Positions 27,401 through 35,866 of a DNA stretch of 47,797 bases are shown here, one piece after another (the first letter of the stretch is position 1; every line of letters starts with the position of its first letter). The translations under genes and the position numbers were made by a program. The notes beneath the pieces are model-generated. The model was not told the DNA's origin. It saw only the letters and a list, made by a program, of their open reading frames with translations, and did not search any database. The stretch comes from Candidatus Peribacteraceae bacterium. GTDB lineage: Bacteria > Patescibacteriota > Gracilibacteria > Peribacterales > Peribacteraceae. The stretch lies in NCBI GenBank assembly GCA_022843885.1, contig JALHMU010000001.1, forward strand, positions 1 through 47,797, given 5' to 3'.

Positions 27401-28210
27401 ATTGCGAAGAAAGCACGTCTCAGCGACAGCTTCACAAAGAAAGATGTGAACCGAAAAGTCACCGTCGCAGGCATCGTTGAATCCATCAAGAAAATGCGCA
27501 CCAAGAAAGGCGAGACGATGGCCATTCTCACATTGGAAGATCCATCGGGGGTCATGGAAGTGACACTCTTCCCACGCACGTATGCGCAGTTTGCGGAAGT
27601 CCTCGAAAAACCCGACACCTTACTCGTCGTTGGGGGCACGCTCGACTTCCGTGGTGGCCAATTCCAAGTTCGCGCCGATGCCATCAAACGCGCTGTCCTC
27701 TCCGTGATGGCTGAGAAAGCGAAGGCTGAAGGCTTCTATGACGAAGAGGAGGCAAAGAACGGCATCGTACGCCGACGTGAGCAGACTGAGGACAAGGTCG
27801 ATGAAGTCGATGAAGAAGGCAACGTCGTGGCTGGGACAACTGTCTCCGTTGCCGAGGTTGCACCAGTCATACAGGAAGATGGTTTCCTTGGTCCGATCGC
27901 CGTGTGGATGCTTGCAGGCATGGACCCCGCGGAAGCATTAACGCAGCTTGGTCTCGAGGCACCTGCTCCGACGGATTCTGCAACGCGCATTTCCATTCAT
28001 ACCGTGACACTCCCGGCCAGTGCACCAAAACAACTCCTCATGGAACTCAAAGAAGTCTTTGAATTGTTCCCGGGTTCACAGAAAATCCAATTGCAGATTG
28101 GCAGCCGTATCGTGCCTGTTCCAATGACGGTCACAGTCTCCCCGATCCTCGAGAACCGCATTGAAAAGGTCCTAAAAAAGTATGCAGTGGAGTTGCATTC
28201 AGAAGTGTAA
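24488..28210 (+). CDS. dnaE: DNA polymerase III alpha subunit
   Basis: PHP domain FVHLHCHSTYSLLEA, palm and fingers (MPDIDMDF, GLLKMDFLGLKNL, FNKSHGASYA), and an OB fold. 1240 aa. Confidence 0.95.
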   Translation: MDSKDFVHLHCHSTYSLLEALPAPDEIVERAKELGQTAVGLTDKGYAHGLIEFYKAAKSAKLKPILGMQTYVAARSRHDKEKGTDTKSYPLVLLAENEEGYQNLLSLATLAALQGMYYKPRVDAELLSQHGKGLIALSGPLSGALPQAALAEDRERMKMLVEQYRSFFGENNLYFELMDLPNVPGQAEANQQLIKFGKEFNVPLVVGGGSHYCRIDDAEAQDVLLCIQKNSQVNDPGRFSMRDSDLSMRPFEELEKAFSHVPEALENTRVIADRCNVPIEFGKYRIPSFPVPEGETEATLLEKLCAAGLETRYGFTIDKIPSDKQSIVDRMQFELNVINTMGFAGYFLIVADFISEAKRRGITVGPGRGSAAGSIVSYLLDITTLDPVEHGLLFERFLNPDRISMPDIDMDFADTRRDEVLEYVREKYGADHVVQICTFGTLAARAAVKDVGRVYGVPFTEMNELVKLISDRPGTSLDEALTSSELKAVVDSSETYKKIIEVALKLEGKARHVSVHACGVIITPRPAVEYTALQRAPKDQDIVITQYGAKPLEALGLLKMDFLGLKNLTIIQTALLIIERLHNVKIDIARIPTDDKDTFALLSRGETTGVFQLESAGMRRYLKQLKPSAFDDITAMVSLYRPGPMEKIPDYIKRKHGQKEVSYIHPDMEPILEPTYGVGIYQEQILEMARVFAGFTLGEADLLRRAIGKKIKSELDAQREKFIQGTIDKGYGKKLGVALFDDVITPFANYGFNKSHGASYARIAYETAYLKAHYPSEFMAALLSSENGDTERISIEIAEAKMMGIRVLPPDINESLAHFTALPDGSIRFGLTAIKGVGESSVRQIIEIRDGTEGQGQGRFAHLEDFAKRVPSKILNKKTLEAFAKAGALDSLGDRGTIVHQYERIIDYCKSAGDIGASQTDLFGAMEADTDAAKIAFDPEPPATNTEKLMWEKETLGLYVSSHPLAGLSKYIAKKARLSDSFTKKDVNRKVTVAGIVESIKKMRTKKGETMAILTLEDPSGVMEVTLFPRTYAQFAEVLEKPDTLLVVGGTLDFRGGQFQVRADAIKRAVLSVMAEKAKAEGFYDEEEAKNGIVRRREQTEDKVDEVDEEGNVVAGTTVSVAEVAPVIQEDGFLGPIAVWMLAGMDPAEALTQLGLEAPAPTDSATRISIHTVTLPASAPKQLLMELKEVFELFPGSQKIQLQIGSRIVPVPMTVTVSPILENRIEKVLKKYAVELHSEV

Positions 28211-28230
28211 TCAGTACACTTCGTGCACTT

Positions 28231-28383
28231 ATGACCAAAAAGCCCCGCCACTGGATCGCAACGATGAGTGAACAAGGCCGTATTACGGTTCCCAAAGCCG
28301 TCCGTACGAAGTCCAAGAACGCCGTCTACTGGATCATCCGTCCAAAAAAGAACGGTTTTGAAGCCATGCCGCTGAAAGACTGA
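28231..28383 (+). CDS. AbrB/SpoVT-like (MazE-type) small DNA-binding protein, 50 aa, absent from the ORF track
   Basis: MTKKPRHWIATMSEQGRITVPKAVRTKSKNAVYWIIRPKKNGFEAMPLKD. GRITVPKAVR matches the SpoVT/AbrB motif. Its TGA overlaps the tsaC ATG (TGATG at 28381-28385). Confidence 0.5.
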   Translation: MTKKPRHWIATMSEQGRITVPKAVRTKSKNAVYWIIRPKKNGFEAMPLKD

Positions 28384-28973
28384 TGCAGATTCTTCCTGCG
28401 GAAACCGGCATCGAACAAGCCGTCGAGCATCTTCGACGTGGTGGCCTCGTGATACATCCGACCGAGACGTGTTACGGAATCGCCTGTGATCTCTCCAATC
28501 TAGATGCAGTGAAAAAATTATTCACGCTCAAGGCTCGCCCGGAGACGCAGCCCGTCAGCGGACTTTTTGCGGATCAAGCGATGACCGAAGGATATGTAGA
28601 ATGGATAGATGGAGCCCTAGATTTAGCGAAGAAACATCTGCCAGGCCCTCTCACCATTGTCCTTCCTTTAAAAGGCGTACTCTATCCACTGCCATCAGAC
28701 GCTGCGACGACAATTGGCGTGCGTATTTCATCGAATGCAATCGCATCCGATCTTGTGAAAACATGTGGCAGACCGATCTCTACGACATCAGCCAACCTGC
28801 ACGGACAACCAAATCCGTATTCCGCAGAAGAGATCATTGATCAGTTCAAAAACACCGATACCACGGACGTACTTCTTTTGGATGGAGGAACACTGCCCGC
28901 AGCGCCTCCTAGTACCGTTCTTCTGTTTCAAAATGGGTCGTGGGAAGTTGCCCGAAAAGGGCAAATCGGCTAG
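28383..28973 (+). CDS. tsaC: L-threonylcarbamoyladenylate synthase (YrdC/Sua5 family)
   Basis: GGLVIHPTETCYGIACD, LKARPETQPVS, SANLHGQP. Single YrdC domain with no Sua5 C-terminal domain. Confidence 0.85.
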   Translation: MQILPAETGIEQAVEHLRRGGLVIHPTETCYGIACDLSNLDAVKKLFTLKARPETQPVSGLFADQAMTEGYVEWIDGALDLAKKHLPGPLTIVLPLKGVLYPLPSDAATTIGVRISSNAIASDLVKTCGRPISTTSANLHGQPNPYSAEEIIDQFKNTDTTDVLLLDGGTLPAAPPSTVLLFQNGSWEVARKGQIG

Positions 28974-28974
28974 A

Positions 28975-29214
28975 ATGACAGACCCTATGAAGCAGAACCT
29001 AAAGCTATTCTACGATCATCCAAAACCGGAAACGCCGGAAGAAAAATCCGTGCGTATCGAACGTGAGGTGAGAACGGCTGATTGGAAATTGCGCGAATAT
29101 GTCGAACATCACATTTGGCGACTCCTCCCAAATATTTTTCATGAATACCAAGAGAAGCCAAATGGGCAGGTTGTGCATGAAGAAATTGATCAGGATATGC
29201 CGATGACAGACTAA
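28975..29214 (+). CDS. Hypothetical protein (79 aa)
   Basis: ORF starting 2 nt after the tsaC stop. No motif recognised. Confidence 0.4.
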   Translation: MTDPMKQNLKLFYDHPKPETPEEKSVRIEREVRTADWKLREYVEHHIWRLLPNIFHEYQEKPNGQVVHEEIDQDMPMTD

Positions 29215-29234
29215 TCTCTTGCTATAGTAAAACT

Positions 29235-29684
29235 ATGCACTGCCCTCGCTGCAAATCGGAAACGACGTCGGTCATCGACTCACGTTTGAGCGAAGACGGC
29301 CGTGCCGTGCGCCGTCGTCGTGAATGTGACAAGTGCGAGCATCGCTTCACCACCTTTGAGCGTCAGGAGCTTTCCACGCTTATCGTCGTAAAACGTGATG
29401 GTACCCGTGAGCCCTACAGTCGTAGCAAACTGGAACGCGGCATTTGGTTAGCCTGCACCAAGCGTCCTGTCAGCCAGAAAGACATCGCCGATATGCTTTC
29501 CACACTGGAAGACAAATGGGGCGCGAACAAAGAAGAAGTCAGCTCACAGACAGTCGGCAAAGATGTGATGGTCGCACTGAGCAAGCTCGATAAAGTCGCC
29601 TACATCCGTTTTGCATCCGTGCACCGCGAATTCAAAGACGTCGAAGAATTTAAAGAAGAACTCGGAAAGCTCTTCAAAAAATAA
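29235..29684 (+). CDS. nrdR: Transcriptional repressor NrdR
   Basis: Zn ribbon MHCPRCKS...CDKCEHRFTTFE followed by an ATP-cone. Confidence 0.9.
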   Translation: MHCPRCKSETTSVIDSRLSEDGRAVRRRRECDKCEHRFTTFERQELSTLIVVKRDGTREPYSRSKLERGIWLACTKRPVSQKDIADMLSTLEDKWGANKEEVSSQTVGKDVMVALSKLDKVAYIRFASVHREFKDVEEFKEELGKLFKK

Positions 29685-29687
29685 TTA

Positions 29688-29912
29688 CTACTCCATTTCA
29701 GACTCAAAATAATCGTGCGGTAACCCTTCAACGGGTGGCTTCATCCCTGTATGTTTCATGAATTCTCCCACAAGCAATTTTAGACGAGTCTCTATTTCAG
29801 CTCGCTCCATACGCACTTTCGTCTGAGCAAGCTCTGCTTGCGCATCACGAATTTCCTGCGTTTTGATCCGCATGTATTGCGTATTTGCCTTGATCAAATT
29901 ATTCATTTCCAT
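29688..29912 (-). CDS. Hypothetical helical protein (74 aa)
   Basis: ORF with a coiled-coil-like sequence. Its stop lies 3 nt from the nrdR stop. Confidence 0.4.
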   Translation of the reverse strand: MEMNNLIKANTQYMRIKTQEIRDAQAELAQTKVRMERAEIETRLKLLVGEFMKHTGMKPPVEGLPHDYFESEME

Positions 29913-29923
29913 AAGTAAAATAG

Positions 29924-30328
29924 TTATTTGCTCAGCTGAATGTGTACCATATTTTCGCGTACCAAATTGTCTGTTCGACGTTCGATTGCACTTTCGAGAA
30001 TATGAAATTGCGCATCTGGGAATGCACCTTTTTCAAATCGAGCGCGAATATCAAGCGATACATTCGTTAATTCTTGCTGGGAAGTTGCAGCTGCGATGCG
30101 ATTGAACTCAGCTGAGAGCAATCCCTTCTGGCATGCATCAAAAAGAGCCTGCAACTCATTTCTCTGATCTGAACTTATCTGCATTGTGTTTACAGCTTGA
30201 TTAATGGAACGACGTACTTCTTCTAAGTCATTCATATCATCGATCACCTGAAGAGCGATCTTGATTTCTTCGTAAACCAAAGATGGATTGAGAGATTCGT
30301 GAGACATAGAATTGGAGAAAGCAATCAT
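29924..30328 (-). CDS. Hypothetical helical protein (134 aa)
   Basis: ORF 11 nt upstream of the 74-aa ORF on the same strand. Confidence 0.45.
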   Translation of the reverse strand: MIAFSNSMSHESLNPSLVYEEIKIALQVIDDMNDLEEVRRSINQAVNTMQISSDQRNELQALFDACQKGLLSAEFNRIAAATSQQELTNVSLDIRARFEKGAFPDAQFHILESAIERRTDNLVRENMVHIQLSK

Positions 30329-30418
30329 AGTTCTTTACTATTAAATAGTAATAACACAATTCTGTCAATATTTGAAATCACCTACACTCCGTATGCGTTC
30401 TTCTCTATCCTAAGCGCC

Positions 30419-32185
30419 ATGTTGAGGACGCATACCTGTGGCGATCTGAACGCTGATCACGTCGGCAAAACCGTCGTGCTTTCAGGATGGGTGCATCGCC
30501 GTCGTGACCATGGCGGACTCATCTTCATCGATCTCCGTGATCGCTATGGTTTCACGCAGATCGTGTCCGATCCGGAGAACAAAGCGATCTTCAAAATTGC
30601 AGAGAAAGTCCGTCCTGAATGGGTCATCAAGATTGAAGGCACAGTTCGTAAACGTCTAGAAGGTGCAGAACGCACCGACAATCCGACAGGACAGATCGAA
30701 GTGCTCATTAGCTCGTTTGAAATTTTGAACGAAGCCAAAACACCGCCATTTGAGATCGATCAAGATAAAGAAGTGAATGAAGAATTGCGTTTGGAATATC
30801 GCTATTTGGATCTGCGCCGCGAAAGTATGCAGAAGAACATGATCATGCGTCACAAGCTGCAGCAAGCCACGCGTAAGTTTTTCTACGATCGTGATTTCCT
30901 CGAAATCGAAACGCCGATTCTGATTAAAGGCACACCAGAAGGCGCACGCGAATATCTCGTTCCAAGTCGTGTACACAAAGGAGAGTTCTACGTGCTTCCA
31001 CAGAGTCCGCAGCAATTAAAACAGCTCACGATGATCGCAGGACTCGACCGCTACATGCAGATCGCTCGATGTTTCCGTGACGAAGATTTGCGCGGCGATC
31101 GCCAGCCGGAATTCACACAGATGGACTTGGAAATGTCCTTCGTCGAAGCGGAAGATGTCATGCAATTAAACGAAGAAGCACTCACGTCACTCACGAAAGA
31201 ACTTCGTCCTGATGTGAAAATCAAACAATCACCATGGCCTCGTTTTACGTATGAACAAGCCATGAATCTGTATGGTTCCGATAAGCCAGACATTCGTTTC
31301 GATCTCGCATTCACGGATGTCACGGAGCTTTGCAAGGATGCTGGATTCTCCGTCTTCGCCAATGCTGTGAAGTCCGGAGGCGTCGTGAAAGCGATGCGCG
31401 TTCCAGGTGGATCTGACTTCTCACGCAAAGATATCGACGAGCTCACGGAGATTGCAAAAATTTACGGAGCCAAAGGACTCGCGTGGATCAAAGTCACTGC
31501 GGAAGGATTCGACGGTGTCCCGGTTACCAAACTCGGTGACGATCTGACGAAACATATCGGAGCCCTGTGCAAAGCCGAAAAAGGCGATCTTCTTCTCTTC
31601 GCTGCCGATCAATTCGACACTGCATGTGTCAGTCTTGGTGCTGTACGCACGGACATCGCACGTCGTAAAAATCTTGCCGATCCAAAACTCTTCGCATTCT
31701 GCTGGATCACGGATTTCCCGATGTTCGAGAAGGACAAAGAGACTGGTGATCTCGTTGCGATGCATCACCCGTTCACACGTCCGAAAAAAGAATTCGAAGC
31801 ATCACTCACGAGCGATCCGACAGCAGCAAAAGCAGAAGCATACGACGTCGCATTGAACGGGTATGAAATCGGCGGAGGATCGATCCGTATTCATGAGGAG
31901 AAACTTCAGAAGAGTGTGTTCGATGCACTTAAGATTTCCGATGACGATGCTGAGAAACGTTTCGGCCACATGCTCAATGCATTTAAATTTGGTGCACCAC
32001 CACACGGTGGAATCGCATGGGGACTCGATCGCATTGCGATGATTTTTGCCGACGCACCGAACATTCGTGAAGTGATCGCCTATCCGAAGGATCAGAAAGC
32101 GAAAGATGTGATGCTCGGCGCACCATCCATGATTCCTGAAAAGCAGCTGTCAGAGCTAGGGATCAAGGTTTTGGAGGAAGAATAA
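30419..32185 (+). CDS. aspS: Aspartyl-tRNA synthetase
   Basis: MLRTHTCGDL...GWVHRRRDHGGLIFIDLRDRYG, class II motifs (FRDEDLRGDRQPEFTQ, GGGSIRIH, PPHGGIAWGLDR). Start trimmed to ATG 30419. Confidence 0.9.
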   Translation: MLRTHTCGDLNADHVGKTVVLSGWVHRRRDHGGLIFIDLRDRYGFTQIVSDPENKAIFKIAEKVRPEWVIKIEGTVRKRLEGAERTDNPTGQIEVLISSFEILNEAKTPPFEIDQDKEVNEELRLEYRYLDLRRESMQKNMIMRHKLQQATRKFFYDRDFLEIETPILIKGTPEGAREYLVPSRVHKGEFYVLPQSPQQLKQLTMIAGLDRYMQIARCFRDEDLRGDRQPEFTQMDLEMSFVEAEDVMQLNEEALTSLTKELRPDVKIKQSPWPRFTYEQAMNLYGSDKPDIRFDLAFTDVTELCKDAGFSVFANAVKSGGVVKAMRVPGGSDFSRKDIDELTEIAKIYGAKGLAWIKVTAEGFDGVPVTKLGDDLTKHIGALCKAEKGDLLLFAADQFDTACVSLGAVRTDIARRKNLADPKLFAFCWITDFPMFEKDKETGDLVAMHHPFTRPKKEFEASLTSDPTAAKAEAYDVALNGYEIGGGSIRIHEEKLQKSVFDALKISDDDAEKRFGHMLNAFKFGAPPHGGIAWGLDRIAMIFADAPNIREVIAYPKDQKAKDVMLGAPSMIPEKQLSELGIKVLEEE

Positions 32186-32225
32186 ACATCGTCAGAAAGC
32201 CATTTTTCTGCTATACTGGGGAGAA

Positions 32226-33182
32226 ATGGATCCACAGCGAAAAGACCCGGCACAACCAAATGATTTTGAGGCGTCCGCTGCGAAAGCGCGCGAACATTAT
32301 GCCGAAACCGATCGCATCAGAAATGAACGCCGCCAAGGAAAATCAGAACATCTTGAACGTGAGAAGGAAGCATTTCTTGCGGCGGAAAAAGAGAAGCAGA
32401 TGAACACGGAAGAGCGAGAAGAGTGGTTGAAATCGGAAAAGAAGAAGCGTCAGGAGATCGAAGTCGATAAGCAGCGTCGAGACGCTGAGCTCGCTGCTCG
32501 TGATGTGGAAAAACAGAAGAAGGTCGAAGCTGCAAAAAAGCGTGAGGAGTACATGAAGGACTTGAATGATATGGCTCGCATGAAGCTTGCCGAGAAGCAG
32601 AAGAAATACGGCACGGATCGTTTGCGCGAAGACTTGATGAAGCAAGCTGATCAAGAAGAGCGCACGAAGCGTGAGCAATACGATCACGAATTACGCGATG
32701 CATTCATCGCTGCTGATGAAGTCGAAAAGAAAAAGAAGCTTGAGGTCGAGAACGAACGCAAGCGTGCACTCATCGAAGCGCAGATGATCCTCGATCGCCA
32801 TGTGAAAGAATTAGCGGAAGTACAGCACGCTGGCTTGCTCATGATCGAAGAAGAAGAGCGATCGGCTATGCAAACCATCGCACGGGGCCGCAATGCCCCC
32901 GACGTTGCGAGAAAGATGAAGATTGACGTCGCAATCCAGTCGCGCCAGAAACGTGCAGCCTTGGACCGGGAATTGGAACAGAAGCGTAGCAAGTTGGAAT
33001 CGGACTTCCGAAATGAGAAGCAGCGCATCGATACCGTCGCCATGCGTGCCATTCAGGCGAACGAAGCCGATGCTCGTCGCGTAAAAGCGGAAGCCGAGAC
33101 TGAGCAGCGCAGAAAGATGCACGAAGCGGAAACGATTGCTGCACAGAAACGCAGCGAAGCCAGACGCGCCGAGCTATCGTAA
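32226..33182 (+). CDS. Highly charged E/K/R-rich helical protein
   Basis: 318 aa dominated by E, K, R, A and Q with no hydrophobic segments. Confidence 0.55.
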   Translation: MDPQRKDPAQPNDFEASAAKAREHYAETDRIRNERRQGKSEHLEREKEAFLAAEKEKQMNTEEREEWLKSEKKKRQEIEVDKQRRDAELAARDVEKQKKVEAAKKREEYMKDLNDMARMKLAEKQKKYGTDRLREDLMKQADQEERTKREQYDHELRDAFIAADEVEKKKKLEVENERKRALIEAQMILDRHVKELAEVQHAGLLMIEEEERSAMQTIARGRNAPDVARKMKIDVAIQSRQKRAALDRELEQKRSKLESDFRNEKQRIDTVAMRAIQANEADARRVKAEAETEQRRKMHEAETIAAQKRSEARRAELS

Positions 33183-33198
33183 GCTATACTGCGGCTAT

Positions 33199-33284
33199 GC
33201 CGGGGTGGCGAAATGGCAGACGCGCCAGTCTTAGGAACTGGTACCCGCAAGGGTATGGAGGTTCGAGTCCTCTCCCCGGCACCA
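33199..33284 (+). tRNA. tRNA-Leu (anticodon TAG)
   Basis: Class II cloverleaf of 86 nt: acceptor GCCGGGG/CCCCGGC, anticodon stem CCAGT/ACTGG, loop CTTAGGA, long variable arm, T-loop TTCGAGT, encoded CCA. Confidence 0.9.
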
Positions 33285-33332
33285 CGTACAATTGTTCGCT
33301 GCGCTCACAATCACGTGGCGCCGTCATTCATC

Positions 33333-35474
33333 TTATGAAGGCAACTTCCCCATCGGGATGCTGAATCCGCCTGGAGCAGGCTGACTAGCGGTGTTTGTTG
33401 CAGGAGCAGGTTCTTGCACAGGTGTTTCCACGGGAGCAGATGCTGTGTTCACCTCTGGCGTGACACCTGCAATTGCATTCATGCCTTCCAAGTGTGTCAT
33501 GGGTTCAACGCCAGCGATCTTGTTCATGCCAGTAAGGAAATCGACGGGTTCCGCTTTCACTTCTGGCGCATTCGATTCATTGACTGTCTGAAGCATATCC
33601 AAATGTTTCTCCATTACTTTCCCAAGCTCTTCATCAGAAGTGGCGATGAAGAAAGGTCCATCACCCTGCAGCATTTTAGAAAATTGCTGTAATTCTGGAA
33701 GATTTTCCACTTCTTTCTTCATCAATTCCGCCATGTCTTTTGGAATTGTAAGTGTTAATGTTTCCGGTTCAGCTTTCAACATGGAGAGCATTTCAGCTGT
33801 CATAGTTTCCATCAACGCCTTCTCTTTTTCATATCCTTTCAAAGGCATTTTTTCGAACACAGCATGAATTTCTGCCGCAAGTGCATCCTTATCGGCAAGT
33901 TTTTCAAGTCCTTTCTTCGTATCCTGAATTGAATCGACATCGGCTTTCAGTGCAACGCTTTCAGCATTCAGCGCGTCGATTGATTTCTGATTTGAAGCGA
34001 TCTGCGTATCGATGTCTTTGAGCTGTGTTTCGATCTGTGTTTTACGCTCAAGAGCAGTTTTGCTTTCCGGATCAGTGGCAGTTGCATCGACTTTGGACAA
34101 TGCGCCGAGCTCAGCTGTAAGCGCATTTTTCTGCGCACCCAACCCATCATTACTCTTTTTCAAGGCATCTTGCTGGTCAGTTTTTTCTTTGATCTGACCT
34201 TCTTTTTTGGTCACGAATTCCGTGACGGTCGCAGGTTTTTCTTTCGTGCCCATGTCCGTCAATTCTTTCTTGATTCGCTGTTCGCGATCTTGCTTCGATT
34301 CGTTTGCATCAATTTTTTCTTTTGGTTTCTCTGCCGAAGCGACTTCTGCATTCTTGAACAATGAGCCGTCGCCCATGCGTACAATGAGTTCACCGATCAA
34401 CGCGATACCTTCCAGAATTGCTTTCGTGCGCTCTTTCGAATCACCACTCTTCACTTTTTCAAGAACGCTTGTGAAGCGATCGGAAATATCATCGATGTTT
34501 GATTTTGGCTCATCTGTGGGCTTTTCAGCTTTTCCTCCTTCTGTTGTAGCAGCGGTTTTCACTTCAGGTGTGCCTCCGGAAATCTTATTCATTTCCGCAG
34601 CAAAATCGACAGGTTCAGGAGCTGGAGCTGGAGGAGGCGCAATGTTATCGGCGCCAGAAATGACATTTATTCCGTTTACAGCGCCCGTTGCAACAGCTGC
34701 TGCCTCCGGCGCTTTATTGATCGTTTCCTGAGGCAATGCCTGTTGCATGCTCACAATCTGCGAACGACGCGACTGCATTTCTGGGATGAATCTATTGAGC
34801 TGATCTACACGTGGTGAACCCGTCATTGCAATCGCGCTCAATTCCGGACCGGCCAGACCTAAGTAGGTATCAATTGCCGTCAAAATTTTCTGAAGGTTTT
34901 CCTTCGAGTATCCGCTGATTTCTGCATCACCTTCAAATTTCTTAATATCGAAATAGGCTTTGTCGGTCGCATTATCTTCGGGGGTTTCTTTTTGTTCAGA
35001 TGCTACAGGACTTTGTGGCTGTGTTTCTGTCGCAGCAGTTTTTGTTTCTTGTGTATTCACTGCCATTTCACCCTGCTTCGCAGCAAAGGCCGGATAGCCC
35101 GGACCAAATTCTGCCTGTGCAGCAGCTTCTGCAGCCGGGTTCTCTAACGTGGCTGTGCCCTGAGCAACAACCTTTCCATCTTGCGTGACAGTGACTTCCA
35201 CATTTCCAACAGCTTTCTTCGCATCAGCTTCGATCTTTGTGAGTTGCTGGTCTGTAAGCTGTAAGACAGCGTCGCCTTTCTGCACATCTTGTTTCTGCGT
35301 GTCAGCTGCTTCCCCCAAGTGATTCAATTGCGAGATCTTCTCATTCGCATTGAGTGATTTCTGCTCTTCCTTCACTTCTTGTACATCTGGAACCTGTGGC
35401 TTGATTTCACCACCTTCTGCAAAGTGGAGCAGACGGGCTTCGCGTGAATCAAACATAGAGAAGAAAGTGCGCAT
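33333..35474 (-). CDS. Large coiled-coil / low-complexity protein with an internal repeated motif
   Basis: 713 aa, no signal peptide, long charged helical stretches. PVDF..MNKI.G..PEV.TA occurs at aa 288-309 and again near aa 643-681. Confidence 0.65.
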   Translation of the reverse strand: MRTFFSMFDSREARLLHFAEGGEIKPQVPDVQEVKEEQKSLNANEKISQLNHLGEAADTQKQDVQKGDAVLQLTDQQLTKIEADAKKAVGNVEVTVTQDGKVVAQGTATLENPAAEAAAQAEFGPGYPAFAAKQGEMAVNTQETKTAATETQPQSPVASEQKETPEDNATDKAYFDIKKFEGDAEISGYSKENLQKILTAIDTYLGLAGPELSAIAMTGSPRVDQLNRFIPEMQSRRSQIVSMQQALPQETINKAPEAAAVATGAVNGINVISGADNIAPPPAPAPEPVDFAAEMNKISGGTPEVKTAATTEGGKAEKPTDEPKSNIDDISDRFTSVLEKVKSGDSKERTKAILEGIALIGELIVRMGDGSLFKNAEVASAEKPKEKIDANESKQDREQRIKKELTDMGTKEKPATVTEFVTKKEGQIKEKTDQQDALKKSNDGLGAQKNALTAELGALSKVDATATDPESKTALERKTQIETQLKDIDTQIASNQKSIDALNAESVALKADVDSIQDTKKGLEKLADKDALAAEIHAVFEKMPLKGYEKEKALMETMTAEMLSMLKAEPETLTLTIPKDMAELMKKEVENLPELQQFSKMLQGDGPFFIATSDEELGKVMEKHLDMLQTVNESNAPEVKAEPVDFLTGMNKIAGVEPMTHLEGMNAIAGVTPEVNTASAPVETPVQEPAPATNTASQPAPGGFSIPMGKLPS

Positions 35475-35476
35475 AC

Positions 35477-35827
35477 TTACGCTTGGGAAGGAGTATTGAT
35501 TGCAGCATCGATATTTTTCATCTGTGTGTCTTCATTGATTGTGGCTTCCGCTTCTGCCCATGCAAATGCATCGACTTTGTACTGCTTAATTTGCTGACGC
35601 AATTGTGCGAGGTACACCTGGTACGCCTCGTCATATTTTTGAAAAGCGTCACGGTACCGATCGAGTCGGACACGCTTCAAACCTTCCGTTTCAAATCCAT
35701 ACTTCTGCTCAAGCAGCGGAATTTCTGATGAAACGAGTTCCGGTTCGATCTTACTCATGATGGAGTCGTATAATTCCGTGCCGTTTTTAGGCAGTACAGG
35801 ACGTGCAGGAAAGGACGTATTCGGCAT
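35477..35827 (-). CDS. Hypothetical protein (116 aa), upstream partner of the 713-aa protein
   Basis: Same strand, with a 2-nt gap to the downstream gene. Confidence 0.55.
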   Translation of the reverse strand: MPNTSFPARPVLPKNGTELYDSIMSKIEPELVSSEIPLLEQKYGFETEGLKRVRLDRYRDAFQKYDEAYQVYLAQLRQQIKQYKVDAFAWAEAEATINEDTQMKNIDAAINTPSQA

Positions 35828-35866
35828 TGGGTGTTTGTGTTATTTACTACTATTATACTTTATTTT

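Noticed and set aside
32317-33250. Several 90-130-aa ORFs antisense to, or out of frame with, the E/K/R-rich gene
   Set aside because: They are low-complexity shadow frames (S/L/F/R-rich) generated by the purine-rich repeats of the plus-strand gene. None has a start context or motif.
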